Both the position numbers and the translations under genes were made by a program. 64,000 nucleotides of DNA, from positions 132,278-196,277 of the forward strand of contig JBFMAC010000004.1 in NCBI GenBank assembly GCA_040756015.1, in the 5' to 3' direction. Positions within the stretch are counted from its first letter, which is position 1. Each line of letters starts with the position of its first letter. Shown piece after piece: positions 41,727-49,819 of this stretch. The DNA comes from Pseudomonadota bacterium. Lineage in GTDB: Bacteria > Pseudomonadota > Gammaproteobacteria > Burkholderiales > JBFMAC01. The notes beneath the pieces are model-generated. The model searched no databases and was not told where the DNA came from. It was given only the letters and a program-made list of their open reading frames with translations.

Positions 41727-43967
41727 ATGGAGAGACTCAAACAGAGTTGGGTGCGTATCGTTTTCGGGGTACTGCTCGTCCTGGTGTTTCTCGGCAACGC
41801 GATACACTTTTATTCCATCCCCTTCATCCAGCAGATCGAAGCGATCATTTACGATGCGCGCCTGCGCCTGACTATGTCGCGCAGCGTCGACGAGCGCATT
41901 GTCATCCTCGACATCGATGAGAAGAGCCTGGCCGCAGAGGGCCACTGGCCGTGGCCGCGCAACCGCATGGCCAGCCTGGTCGACAAGCTGTTCGACCGCT
42001 ACGGCATCGCCGTGCTCGGCTTTGACGTGGTGTGGGCGGAGAAGGACGAAAGCTCCGGCCTCAAGGTGCTAGACCAGCTTGCCGCGCGCGAACTGAAAGG
42101 CGATGGCGCCTACCAGGCGGTGTTGGCGCAGATACGTCCCAAGCTCGACTATGACGAATTGTTCGCCAGGTCGATCAAGGGCAGACGCGTGGTGCTGGGG
42201 TACTTCTTCTCCGGCGCGCTCGGCGACCAGGAGGCCACCACCACCGGCATGCTGCCCAAGCCGGCGCTGGTCGCCGGTACCTTCCAGGGCAGGAACATCC
42301 CCTTCATCGCCGCCACCGGCTACAGCGCCAACCTGCCGGTGTTGCAACAAAGCGCGGCGGGCGGGGGACATTTCACCCAGTTGCCGGACATCGATGGCGT
42401 GACCCGGCGCGTGCCGATGCTGATGGAGTACAAGGGCGCTTATTACGAAACCCTGTCGCTGGCGATGATGCGCGCCATGCTGGATTTCCCCGAGGTCGTT
42501 CCCGGCTATCCCGACGACGTATGGAGCAAAAGCTATCCGGGGCTGGAGTGGATCGAAGTGGGCGGCATGAAGATACCGGTGGACGAGAATGCACGTGCAT
42601 TGATTCCCTATCGCGGTCGCGCGGGCAGCTTCAAATACGTCTCCATCACCGATGTACTGCATGATCGCGTGCCGGCGGCGAGCCTCAAGGATAAGATCGT
42701 GATACTCGGCACCACCGCGCCGGGCCTGCTCGACTTGCGTTCCACGCCGGTGTCGCCGGTCTACCCCGGCGTCGAGGTGCACGCCAACCTGATTTCCGGC
42801 ATGCTCGACGGCGACATCAAGCAGAAACCTCCCTACGTGATGGGGGCAGAGTTCACCCTGCTGCTGGTTTCCGGCCTGCTGGTTGCGTTGCTGGTGCCGC
42901 TGCTCAGTCCGCTGCGCGCGACCCTGGTGACGCTGGCGGTGCTGGGCGCGGCGGTTGCGATCAACGTGGTGGTCTGGCATTACGGCAACCTGGTGCTGCC
43001 GTTGGCCTCCGGCTTGATGCTGATTTCGCTGATTTACGCGATGGACATGGCGTACGGCTTTTTTGTCGAGGCCCGCGCCAAGCGCCAGATCACCGGCCTG
43101 TTCGGGCAATACGTGCCGCCCGAACTGGTCGACGAGATGAGCAAGAACCCGGAGAACTTTTCGATGGCGGGTGAAAGCCGCGAAATGAGCGTGCTGTTCT
43201 CCGACGTGCGCGGTTTCACCAGCATCTCCGAGGGGCTGGACCCGAAGGAGCTGACGCAGTTGATGAACGAGTTCCTTACCCCTCTCACCAAGGTGATATA
43301 CAAGCACCGCGGTACCATCGACAAGTACATGGGCGATTGCATCATGGCGTTCTGGGGCGCCCCGCTCGACGATGCACAGCACGCGCGCCATGCCATCCTC
43401 GCCGGACTGGAGATGCAGAAGACGCTGCACGAATTGCAACCTTACTTCAAGCAGCGCGGCTGGCCGGCGATCGAGGTCGGCATAGGCGTCAACACCGGGC
43501 GCATGAGCGTGGGCAACATGGGTTCGGAGATCCGTCTGGCCTATACTGTGATGGGCGATGCGGTGAACCTCGCCTCGCGCCTGGAGGGCATCACCAAACA
43601 GTATGGCGTCGGCATGGTGGTGGGGGAGGCGACCAGGGAAAAGGTGCCGGATTTCGTGTTCCGCGAGCTGGATCGCGTGCGCGTGAAGGGCAAGGAGGCG
43701 CCGGTGGCGATCTATGAACCGCTTGGTCCTGCCGGGGAAGTTGCCCAAAGCGTGCTGGATGAGATTAAACTATTCCAGCAGGCGCTCAAATATTACCGCG
43801 CGCGGGATTGGGATCGCGCCGAGTTGCAGTTGCTCAACCTGCAAAAGACGGTGCCTGAAGGCTCGGAGTTCCATTTGTACCAGCTTTACCTTAAACGTAT
43901 TGCGCGTTACCGCGCCGAGCCGCCTGCCGGGGACTGGGACGGCGTGACGACATTCGAGACCAAGTGA
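41727..43967 (+). CDS. CHASE2-sensor class III adenylate/guanylate cyclase
   Basis: CHASE2 (IVILDIDEKSLAAEGHWPWPR) and TM cluster. Cyclase motifs VLFSDVRGFT, IDKYMGDCIMAFWG, MGDAVNLASRLE. Confidence 0.9.
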   Translation: MERLKQSWVRIVFGVLLVLVFLGNAIHFYSIPFIQQIEAIIYDARLRLTMSRSVDERIVILDIDEKSLAAEGHWPWPRNRMASLVDKLFDRYGIAVLGFDVVWAEKDESSGLKVLDQLAARELKGDGAYQAVLAQIRPKLDYDELFARSIKGRRVVLGYFFSGALGDQEATTTGMLPKPALVAGTFQGRNIPFIAATGYSANLPVLQQSAAGGGHFTQLPDIDGVTRRVPMLMEYKGAYYETLSLAMMRAMLDFPEVVPGYPDDVWSKSYPGLEWIEVGGMKIPVDENARALIPYRGRAGSFKYVSITDVLHDRVPAASLKDKIVILGTTAPGLLDLRSTPVSPVYPGVEVHANLISGMLDGDIKQKPPYVMGAEFTLLLVSGLLVALLVPLLSPLRATLVTLAVLGAAVAINVVVWHYGNLVLPLASGLMLISLIYAMDMAYGFFVEARAKRQITGLFGQYVPPELVDEMSKNPENFSMAGESREMSVLFSDVRGFTSISEGLDPKELTQLMNEFLTPLTKVIYKHRGTIDKYMGDCIMAFWGAPLDDAQHARHAILAGLEMQKTLHELQPYFKQRGWPAIEVGIGVNTGRMSVGNMGSEIRLAYTVMGDAVNLASRLEGITKQYGVGMVVGEATREKVPDFVFRELDRVRVKGKEAPVAIYEPLGPAGEVAQSVLDEIKLFQQALKYYRARDWDRAELQLLNLQKTVPEGSEFHLYQLYLKRIARYRAEPPAGDWDGVTTFETK

Positions 43968-44731
43968 TGAAACTGAGAGTGCTGGGATGCAGCGGGGGTA
44001 TAGGCGGGAAGTTGCGCACGACCTCGTTCCTGCTCGACAATGATGTGCTGATCGACGCTGGCAGTGGCGTCGGCGATTTGAGCATCGCCGAAATGGTGTT
44101 CATCGACCATATCTTCATCACCCATTCCCATCTTGACCATGTCGCCATGATTCCGCTGCTGGTGGATACCGTGGGCGGCATGCGCGACAGGCCGATCACG
44201 CTGCATGCCACGGAGGAGGTGCTGGATATCCTCAGGCAGCACATGTTCAACTGGAAGCTCTGGCCCGATTTCACCTGCATCCCCGATCCTGATCATCCAT
44301 TCCTGCGCTACCGCGCCATCGCCATGGGAGAGACAGTCACCTTGGATGGGCGCGCGATCACTGTGCTGCCCGCGGTGCACACCGTGCCGGCGGTGGGTTA
44401 CCAGATCGACAGCGGCAGCGCGAGTCTGGTGTTCACCGGCGACACCACAAGCCAGGAGGAGTTCTGGCGTATCGTCAACAGCATCGAGAACCTGCGTTAC
44501 CTGATCATCGAGACGGCCTTCTCCAACGCCGAGCGCGACCTGGCGATTGCTTCCAAGCATCTGTATCCGTTGTTGCTGGCGGAAGAGCTGGCCAAGTTCA
44601 AGCGCGAGGCGGAAATTTATATCACTCATTTGAAACCGGGCGAGATCGAACTGACGATGCAGGAAATCTACGATTGCGCGGCGCAATACCGACCGCATAT
44701 GCTTTACAACGGCAAGGTGTTCGATTTCTGA
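43964..44731 (+). CDS. Class-II 3',5'-cyclic-nucleotide phosphodiesterase (metallo-beta-lactamase fold)
   Basis: LRVLGCSGG start and THSHLDHVAMIPLL (HxHLDH signature). Start GTG 43964 or ATG 43967 overlaps the cyclase stop. Confidence 0.8.
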   Translation: MMKLRVLGCSGGIGGKLRTTSFLLDNDVLIDAGSGVGDLSIAEMVFIDHIFITHSHLDHVAMIPLLVDTVGGMRDRPITLHATEEVLDILRQHMFNWKLWPDFTCIPDPDHPFLRYRAIAMGETVTLDGRAITVLPAVHTVPAVGYQIDSGSASLVFTGDTTSQEEFWRIVNSIENLRYLIIETAFSNAERDLAIASKHLYPLLLAEELAKFKREAEIYITHLKPGEIELTMQEIYDCAAQYRPHMLYNGKVFDF

Positions 44732-44733
44732 TC

Positions 44734-45807
44734 ATGCCGCTGGATGCACAGACCTTGGCGCGGTTCGAGCCGTTTTCCTCCATGGCGGAAAAGACGGTGC
44801 GCCAGCTTGCCGCAGTGGGCGTGACGGTCAGGGCGCACCCAGGCGCCGATCCGTTTGCCGACAACGATTTCAGCCACCACTTGGTATACCTGATCCGGGG
44901 CGGGTTGCGCCTCGCTTACGGTGACAGCGAGGCCGAGGTGGTGGTGGCCGGCAGCGAGCAGGCACGCTATCCGCTGGGGCGCGACCGTCCCGGCCTGCTG
45001 GCGACACGCGCCATGGACGACGTCGAGCTCGCGCGCATGGACGAGGAGCTGGTCGAAACGGCGGTGGCGTGGGATCAGCTCACGCCGCCGGGGCAGGAAG
45101 CAGACGGCGAAGACCAGGCACGGCGCGCCGACCGCGTGGTCGACACCGGCATGTTCAGCGCGATGATGTTCAAATACGGTGTGCTGGCCATGTTGCCGCC
45201 GAAAAATGTCATCGACCTGATCGGCAAGATGCGCATGATGACGGTGCGGCGCGGCGATGTCGTCGTGCGCGAGGGAGACCCGGCCGATTGTTATTATATG
45301 ATCGAGAACGGCCAGGCACTGGTGACTCGTCAGGTTGGCGACCAGAATGTGGTGTTGGCCGAGCTGCGCAGCGGCGGGGCTTTCGGCGAGGACGCGCTGG
45401 TTTCCGGTGGTCAGCGCAACGCCACCGTGACGATGAAAAGCGACGGCATTTTGCTGACGCTGGAAAAAAGCGCCTTCCTGGATCTGATGCGCCGGCCGCT
45501 GCTCAACGAGCTGACCATGCCGGAAGCCGAGCAGCGGGTGGCAGCGGGGGCGGTGTGGCTTGACCTGCGTTACCCGCCGCAGTATCGGCGCGGCCGGCTG
45601 CCGGGGGCAGTCAACATCCCGCTCAGCGAATTGCGTACCGCGCTCAGTGTGCTCGACAAGAGCAAGGAATACGTGGTGTATTGCCATAACGGACGCAGCG
45701 GTGCCATTGCCGCTTTCGTCATGTCGGAGAACGGTTTCAAGGCTTATACCTTGAAGAACGGTTGGCAGCCGGAAGCGGCACCAATATCGCGCGAGGGATC
45801 GCTATGA
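44734..45807 (+). CDS. Tandem cyclic-nucleotide-binding domains fused to a rhodanese domain
   Basis: The second CNB has GDPADCYYMIENG...GGAFGEDALVSGGQRNATV (phosphate-binding-cassette-like). C-terminal rhodanese with VVYCHNGRSG. Start is 2 nt after the PDE stop. Confidence 0.8.
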   Translation: MPLDAQTLARFEPFSSMAEKTVRQLAAVGVTVRAHPGADPFADNDFSHHLVYLIRGGLRLAYGDSEAEVVVAGSEQARYPLGRDRPGLLATRAMDDVELARMDEELVETAVAWDQLTPPGQEADGEDQARRADRVVDTGMFSAMMFKYGVLAMLPPKNVIDLIGKMRMMTVRRGDVVVREGDPADCYYMIENGQALVTRQVGDQNVVLAELRSGGAFGEDALVSGGQRNATVTMKSDGILLTLEKSAFLDLMRRPLLNELTMPEAEQRVAAGAVWLDLRYPPQYRRGRLPGAVNIPLSELRTALSVLDKSKEYVVYCHNGRSGAIAAFVMSENGFKAYTLKNGWQPEAAPISREGSL

Positions 45808-48179
45808 ACACGATGTTCCAGAACAAGCCGGGCACGCAGGATAACCTGGCGGAGCGCCTGGGGTTTTCCAAGCAGTTGCAGGCGGTGACCAACAAGATCC
45901 ACTCCACCAGCAACATCGACGAGATCATGCTGGAAGTGAGCCAGGATATCTGCCAGTTGTTCAATGCCGACCGCCTGACCATCTATGCAGTGGCGGAGGA
46001 CAGATCGGCCATCGTTTCCAAGGTCAAGACCGGGCTCAATTCGTTCAAGGACCTGAAGCTGCCGATCAACGAGCAGAGCGTTGCCGGCTATGTCGCAGTG
46101 AACAAGGTGCCGGTCAACATCAAGGACGTTTACGACGATGTTGAGCTGCACTCGTTGAGTCCGCACCTGCATTTCCTGCAGGAAGTGGATCGCCGCACCG
46201 GTTACCGTACCAAGCAGATGCTGGTGGCGCCGGTGGTGGAATCGGCCAGCGGCGAACTGCTCGGCGTGGTGCAACTGATCAACAGCCGTACCGGGCAGCC
46301 GTTCCCGCAGATCGCGGAGGAGGGCGTGGGCACACTGGCCGAGACGCTGGCGATTGCCTTCAAGCAGCGGCAACGGATGAGCGGCACCTTGCGCGGCAAG
46401 TATGACGCGCTGGTGGCGAATGCGGTACTGTCGGCGGAGGAGCTGGAACTGGCCACGCGCTCGGCGCGGCGCAAGGGGATCAACATCGAGGACGTGCTGA
46501 TCGATGAATTCCAGGTCAAGGTCGGTGCCATCGGCGAGGCGCTGGCGGCCTTTTTCCAGGTGCCTTACGAGGGTTACCGCGCCGACCGCATCAAGCCGGT
46601 AGACCTGTTGAAGAACCTGAAGCGAGAATACGTGGAAAGCAGCGCTTGGTTGCCGGTGGACGACACCAAGGAGGGGCTGATCATCCTTACCACCGACCCG
46701 GAGCGGGTCAAGAGTTCGCGCATCGTCAACAACGTTTTCCCGAAAAGCAGGCTGGTCTACAAGGTCTGCACCCACCGGGAGTTCGTCAGCACGCTCGATT
46801 TGTTCTACGGTGGCGAGGCCACCATGGACGCCACTTCGATCGGCGATCTGCTGTCTACCATGAGCGATGAGGAATCCGAGGAGGCGATTGGTTCCAGCGA
46901 CGATATCTCCGCAGCCGCCGACAACGAACTGGTGAAGCTGGTCAACAAGATCATCGTCGATGCATATCACCAGGGTGCCTCGGACATCCATATCGAACCT
47001 TACCCGGGCAAATCCAAGACGGAAATCCGCTTCCGCAAGGACGGTACGCTGATGCCTTATATTTCCGTGCCGCCTTCCTATCGCAATGCGATTGCGGCGC
47101 GTATCAAGATCATGTGCGACCTGGACATCTCGGAAAAGCGCAAGCCGCAGGACGGCAAGATCAAGTTCAAGAAATTTGGCCCGCTCGACATCGAACTGCG
47201 TGTGGCGACCATACCATCGCAAGGCGGCGTCGAGGACATCGTGATGCGTATCCTCGCCGCCGGCGAGCCGATCCCGCTCGACAAGCTCGGCCTGAGCGAA
47301 TACAACCTGAAGACGGTGAAGGAAATCATCAGCAAGCCTTACGGCCTGTTTTTCGTGTGCGGCCCGACCGGTTCCGGCAAGACCACCACGCTGCACTCGG
47401 TGTTGGGGTATATCAATACACCGGAAACCAAGATATGGACAGCCGAAGACCCGGTTGAAATCACGCAGAAAGGCTTGCGCCAGGTGCAGATGAACCCCAA
47501 GGCGGGGCTGACCTTTGCGGTGGCAATGCGATCCTTTCTGCGTGCCGACCCGGACGTGATCATGGTGGGCGAGATGCGCGACAAGGAAACCACCGCAATC
47601 GGCATCGAAGCGTCGCTGACCGGCCACCTGGTGTTTGCCACCCTGCATACCAACAGCGCGCCGGAGTCCATCATCCGCCTGCTCGACATGGGTATGGACC
47701 CTTTCAACTTTGCTGACGCCATGCTGGGCATCCTGGCGCAGCGGCTGGCGAAGCGCCTGTGCGGCAAGTGCAAGCGGCCCTATCATCCCAGCGAGGATGA
47801 AATCCGTCTGCTGCTGGAGGAATATACCTTGGAGTTGCAGCACACCGCCAAGTGGAAAAAGGACCCGCAAGCGGCTTCCCAGGAAATTCTCGACGAATGG
47901 AAGAAGGGTTTCGGGGGGGGGGATGGGCAGTTCACGCTGTACCAGCCGGTGGGCTGCGAGGTGTGCAACAACACCGGCTACAAGGGGCGCGTCGGCCTGC
48001 ATGAATTACTGGTCGGCACCGATGCCGTCAAGAAGAACATCCAGGAACATGCGCGCGTGGCGGAGGTGCTGGCGACCGCGCTGGAAGACGGCATGCGGAC
48101 CCTGAAGCAGGATGGCATCGAAAAGGTGCTGTCGGGGATCACCGACATGAAGCAAGTGCGCGCAGTGTGCATCAAATAA
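45804..48179 (+). CDS. GAF + T2SSE_N + GspE/PilB-type hexameric secretion ATPase (orphan)
   Basis: 791 aa. N-terminal GAF (aa ~25-185), T2SSE_N-like region. Walker A GPTGSGKTT, Asp box EDPVE, Walker B VIMVGEMRD, His box GHLVFATLHTN. Tetracysteine CGKC...CEVC. ATGA overlap with the upstream gene. Confidence 0.9.
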   Translation: MNTMFQNKPGTQDNLAERLGFSKQLQAVTNKIHSTSNIDEIMLEVSQDICQLFNADRLTIYAVAEDRSAIVSKVKTGLNSFKDLKLPINEQSVAGYVAVNKVPVNIKDVYDDVELHSLSPHLHFLQEVDRRTGYRTKQMLVAPVVESASGELLGVVQLINSRTGQPFPQIAEEGVGTLAETLAIAFKQRQRMSGTLRGKYDALVANAVLSAEELELATRSARRKGINIEDVLIDEFQVKVGAIGEALAAFFQVPYEGYRADRIKPVDLLKNLKREYVESSAWLPVDDTKEGLIILTTDPERVKSSRIVNNVFPKSRLVYKVCTHREFVSTLDLFYGGEATMDATSIGDLLSTMSDEESEEAIGSSDDISAAADNELVKLVNKIIVDAYHQGASDIHIEPYPGKSKTEIRFRKDGTLMPYISVPPSYRNAIAARIKIMCDLDISEKRKPQDGKIKFKKFGPLDIELRVATIPSQGGVEDIVMRILAAGEPIPLDKLGLSEYNLKTVKEIISKPYGLFFVCGPTGSGKTTTLHSVLGYINTPETKIWTAEDPVEITQKGLRQVQMNPKAGLTFAVAMRSFLRADPDVIMVGEMRDKETTAIGIEASLTGHLVFATLHTNSAPESIIRLLDMGMDPFNFADAMLGILAQRLAKRLCGKCKRPYHPSEDEIRLLLEEYTLELQHTAKWKKDPQAASQEILDEWKKGFGGGDGQFTLYQPVGCEVCNNTGYKGRVGLHELLVGTDAVKKNIQEHARVAEVLATALEDGMRTLKQDGIEKVLSGITDMKQVRAVCIK
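47913..47922 (+). repeat. G10 homopolymer inside the GAF-GspE ATPase CDS
   Basis: GGGGGGGGGG encoding GGG(D). It is the longest mononucleotide run I noticed in the window. Confidence 0.9.
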
Positions 48180-48199
48180 TGCCGGCGGGGAGGTAAGCA

Positions 48200-49807
48200 A
48201 TGACCTTGCCCAATGCCGCTGATCTGCTGCGGCGGCTGGAGGAACTGAACCGTATCGGGGTGTCACTCTCCAAGGAGAAGGACATCGACCGTCTGCTGGA
48301 AGCCATCCTGCTCGCCGCCAAGACCATAGCTGGCGCGGATGGCGGCACGCTCTACCGCGTCCAAGACGGCAAGCTGCATTTTAAGATACTGCGCAACGAT
48401 ACCCTCAACATCGCCATGGGTGGTACCACCGGGGTGCCGATTCCCTTCGAACCGTTATCCATGTATGACGAGCAGGGCAGGCCGAACAATTCTATGGTGG
48501 TGGCCCATGCCGTGCTGCACGACGTCACCGTGAACATACCGGATGCGTATAGCGCGGAAGGCTTCGATTTTTCCGGCACGCGCCAGTTCGACAAGAAGAC
48601 CGGTTACCGCTCACAGTCGTTCCTGACCGTGCCGATGAAGGATCACGAGGAACAGATCATCGGCGTGCTGCAACTGATCAATGCCAAGCACCCCGTGAGC
48701 GGGGAAATCGTGCCGTTTGCCGAGGCAGACCAGCGCCTTGCCGAATCGCTGGCGTCGCAGGCCGCCATTGCGCTGACCAACCGCATGCTGATCAACCAGC
48801 TGGAAGTCCTGTTCGAATCTTTCATCAATTTGATCAACGCCGCGATCGACGACAAGTCGCCCTATACCGGCGGGCACTGCGCACGCGTGCCGGTGCTGAC
48901 CATGATGCTGGCCGAGGCGGTGAATAAAACTTCCGTCGGCCCGCTCAGGGATTTCCGCATGAGCGCGGCGGACTTTTATGAACTGAAGATCGCCGGCCTG
49001 TTGCACGATTGCGGCAAAGTGACCACGCCGGTGCATGTGGTGGACAAGGCGACCAAGCTGCAAACCATCTACGACCGCATCCACCTGATCGACACCCGCT
49101 TCGAGGTGGTCAAGCGCGACGCCGAGATAGCCATGCTGCGCAACGAGGCGGCCGATGGCGAAGGATCGCGTCGGCGCTGCCGTGAGGTGATGGAGCAGAT
49201 CAGCAGCGACCGCGAGTTCCTGCGCGCTTGCAACATAGGCAGTGAAAAAATGGACGAGGATGAGGTGCAGCGCGTCCACACTATTGCTGGGCGCTACCGT
49301 TGGCGCAATGAACGCGGCGAAGAAGTGCCTTTCCTCAGCGAAGACGAGGTGAAGAACCTAACCATTCGCAGCGGCACGCTCACGCCCGAGGAACGGCAGA
49401 TCATCAACCATCACATCGATGTGACCATCCAGATGCTGGAGGCGCTGCCCTGGCCAAAGCACCTGAAGAACGTGCCGGAATATGCCGGCGGTCATCACGA
49501 GCGCATGGACGGCAAAGGCTATCCGCGCGGGCTCACGCGCGAGCAGATGTCGGTGCAGGCGCGCATCATGGGTATCGCCGATATTTTTGAGGCGCTGACC
49601 GCACGTGACCGCCCATACAAGAAGGGCAAGACCCTCACCGAGGCGCTGCACATCCTCGGTAAATTCAAGCTGAACGGCCATATCGACCCCGACCTCTTCG
49701 ATGTACTCATCCGCGAAAAAGTCTACTTGAACTATGGCCACCACTTCCTGGAAGCGGAACAGGTGGATGAGGTCGACGAGCGCGCGATCCCCGGTTATGT
49801 GCCGTGA
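48200..49807 (+). CDS. GAF-domain HD-GYP phosphohydrolase (putative c-di-GMP phosphodiesterase)
   Basis: N-terminal GAF (TGYRSQSFLTVPM...IGVLQLINA). HD (LLHDCGK) and GGHHERMDGKGYP motifs. Confidence 0.9.
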   Translation: MTLPNAADLLRRLEELNRIGVSLSKEKDIDRLLEAILLAAKTIAGADGGTLYRVQDGKLHFKILRNDTLNIAMGGTTGVPIPFEPLSMYDEQGRPNNSMVVAHAVLHDVTVNIPDAYSAEGFDFSGTRQFDKKTGYRSQSFLTVPMKDHEEQIIGVLQLINAKHPVSGEIVPFAEADQRLAESLASQAAIALTNRMLINQLEVLFESFINLINAAIDDKSPYTGGHCARVPVLTMMLAEAVNKTSVGPLRDFRMSAADFYELKIAGLLHDCGKVTTPVHVVDKATKLQTIYDRIHLIDTRFEVVKRDAEIAMLRNEAADGEGSRRRCREVMEQISSDREFLRACNIGSEKMDEDEVQRVHTIAGRYRWRNERGEEVPFLSEDEVKNLTIRSGTLTPEERQIINHHIDVTIQMLEALPWPKHLKNVPEYAGGHHERMDGKGYPRGLTREQMSVQARIMGIADIFEALTARDRPYKKGKTLTEALHILGKFKLNGHIDPDLFDVLIREKVYLNYGHHFLEAEQVDEVDERAIPGYVP

Positions 49808-49819
49808 TCCCGGCTGTGC

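Noticed and set aside
46392-46480. MshEN-type c-di-GMP binding motif (RLGxx-hh-xxG-hh-xxxx-h-xxx-h-xxQ) in the T2SSE_N region of the GAF-GspE ATPase.
   Set aside because: The corresponding segment reads RGKYDALVANAVLSAEELELATRSARRKG. The RLG and central Gly positions are not conserved, so c-di-GMP binding cannot be claimed from sequence.
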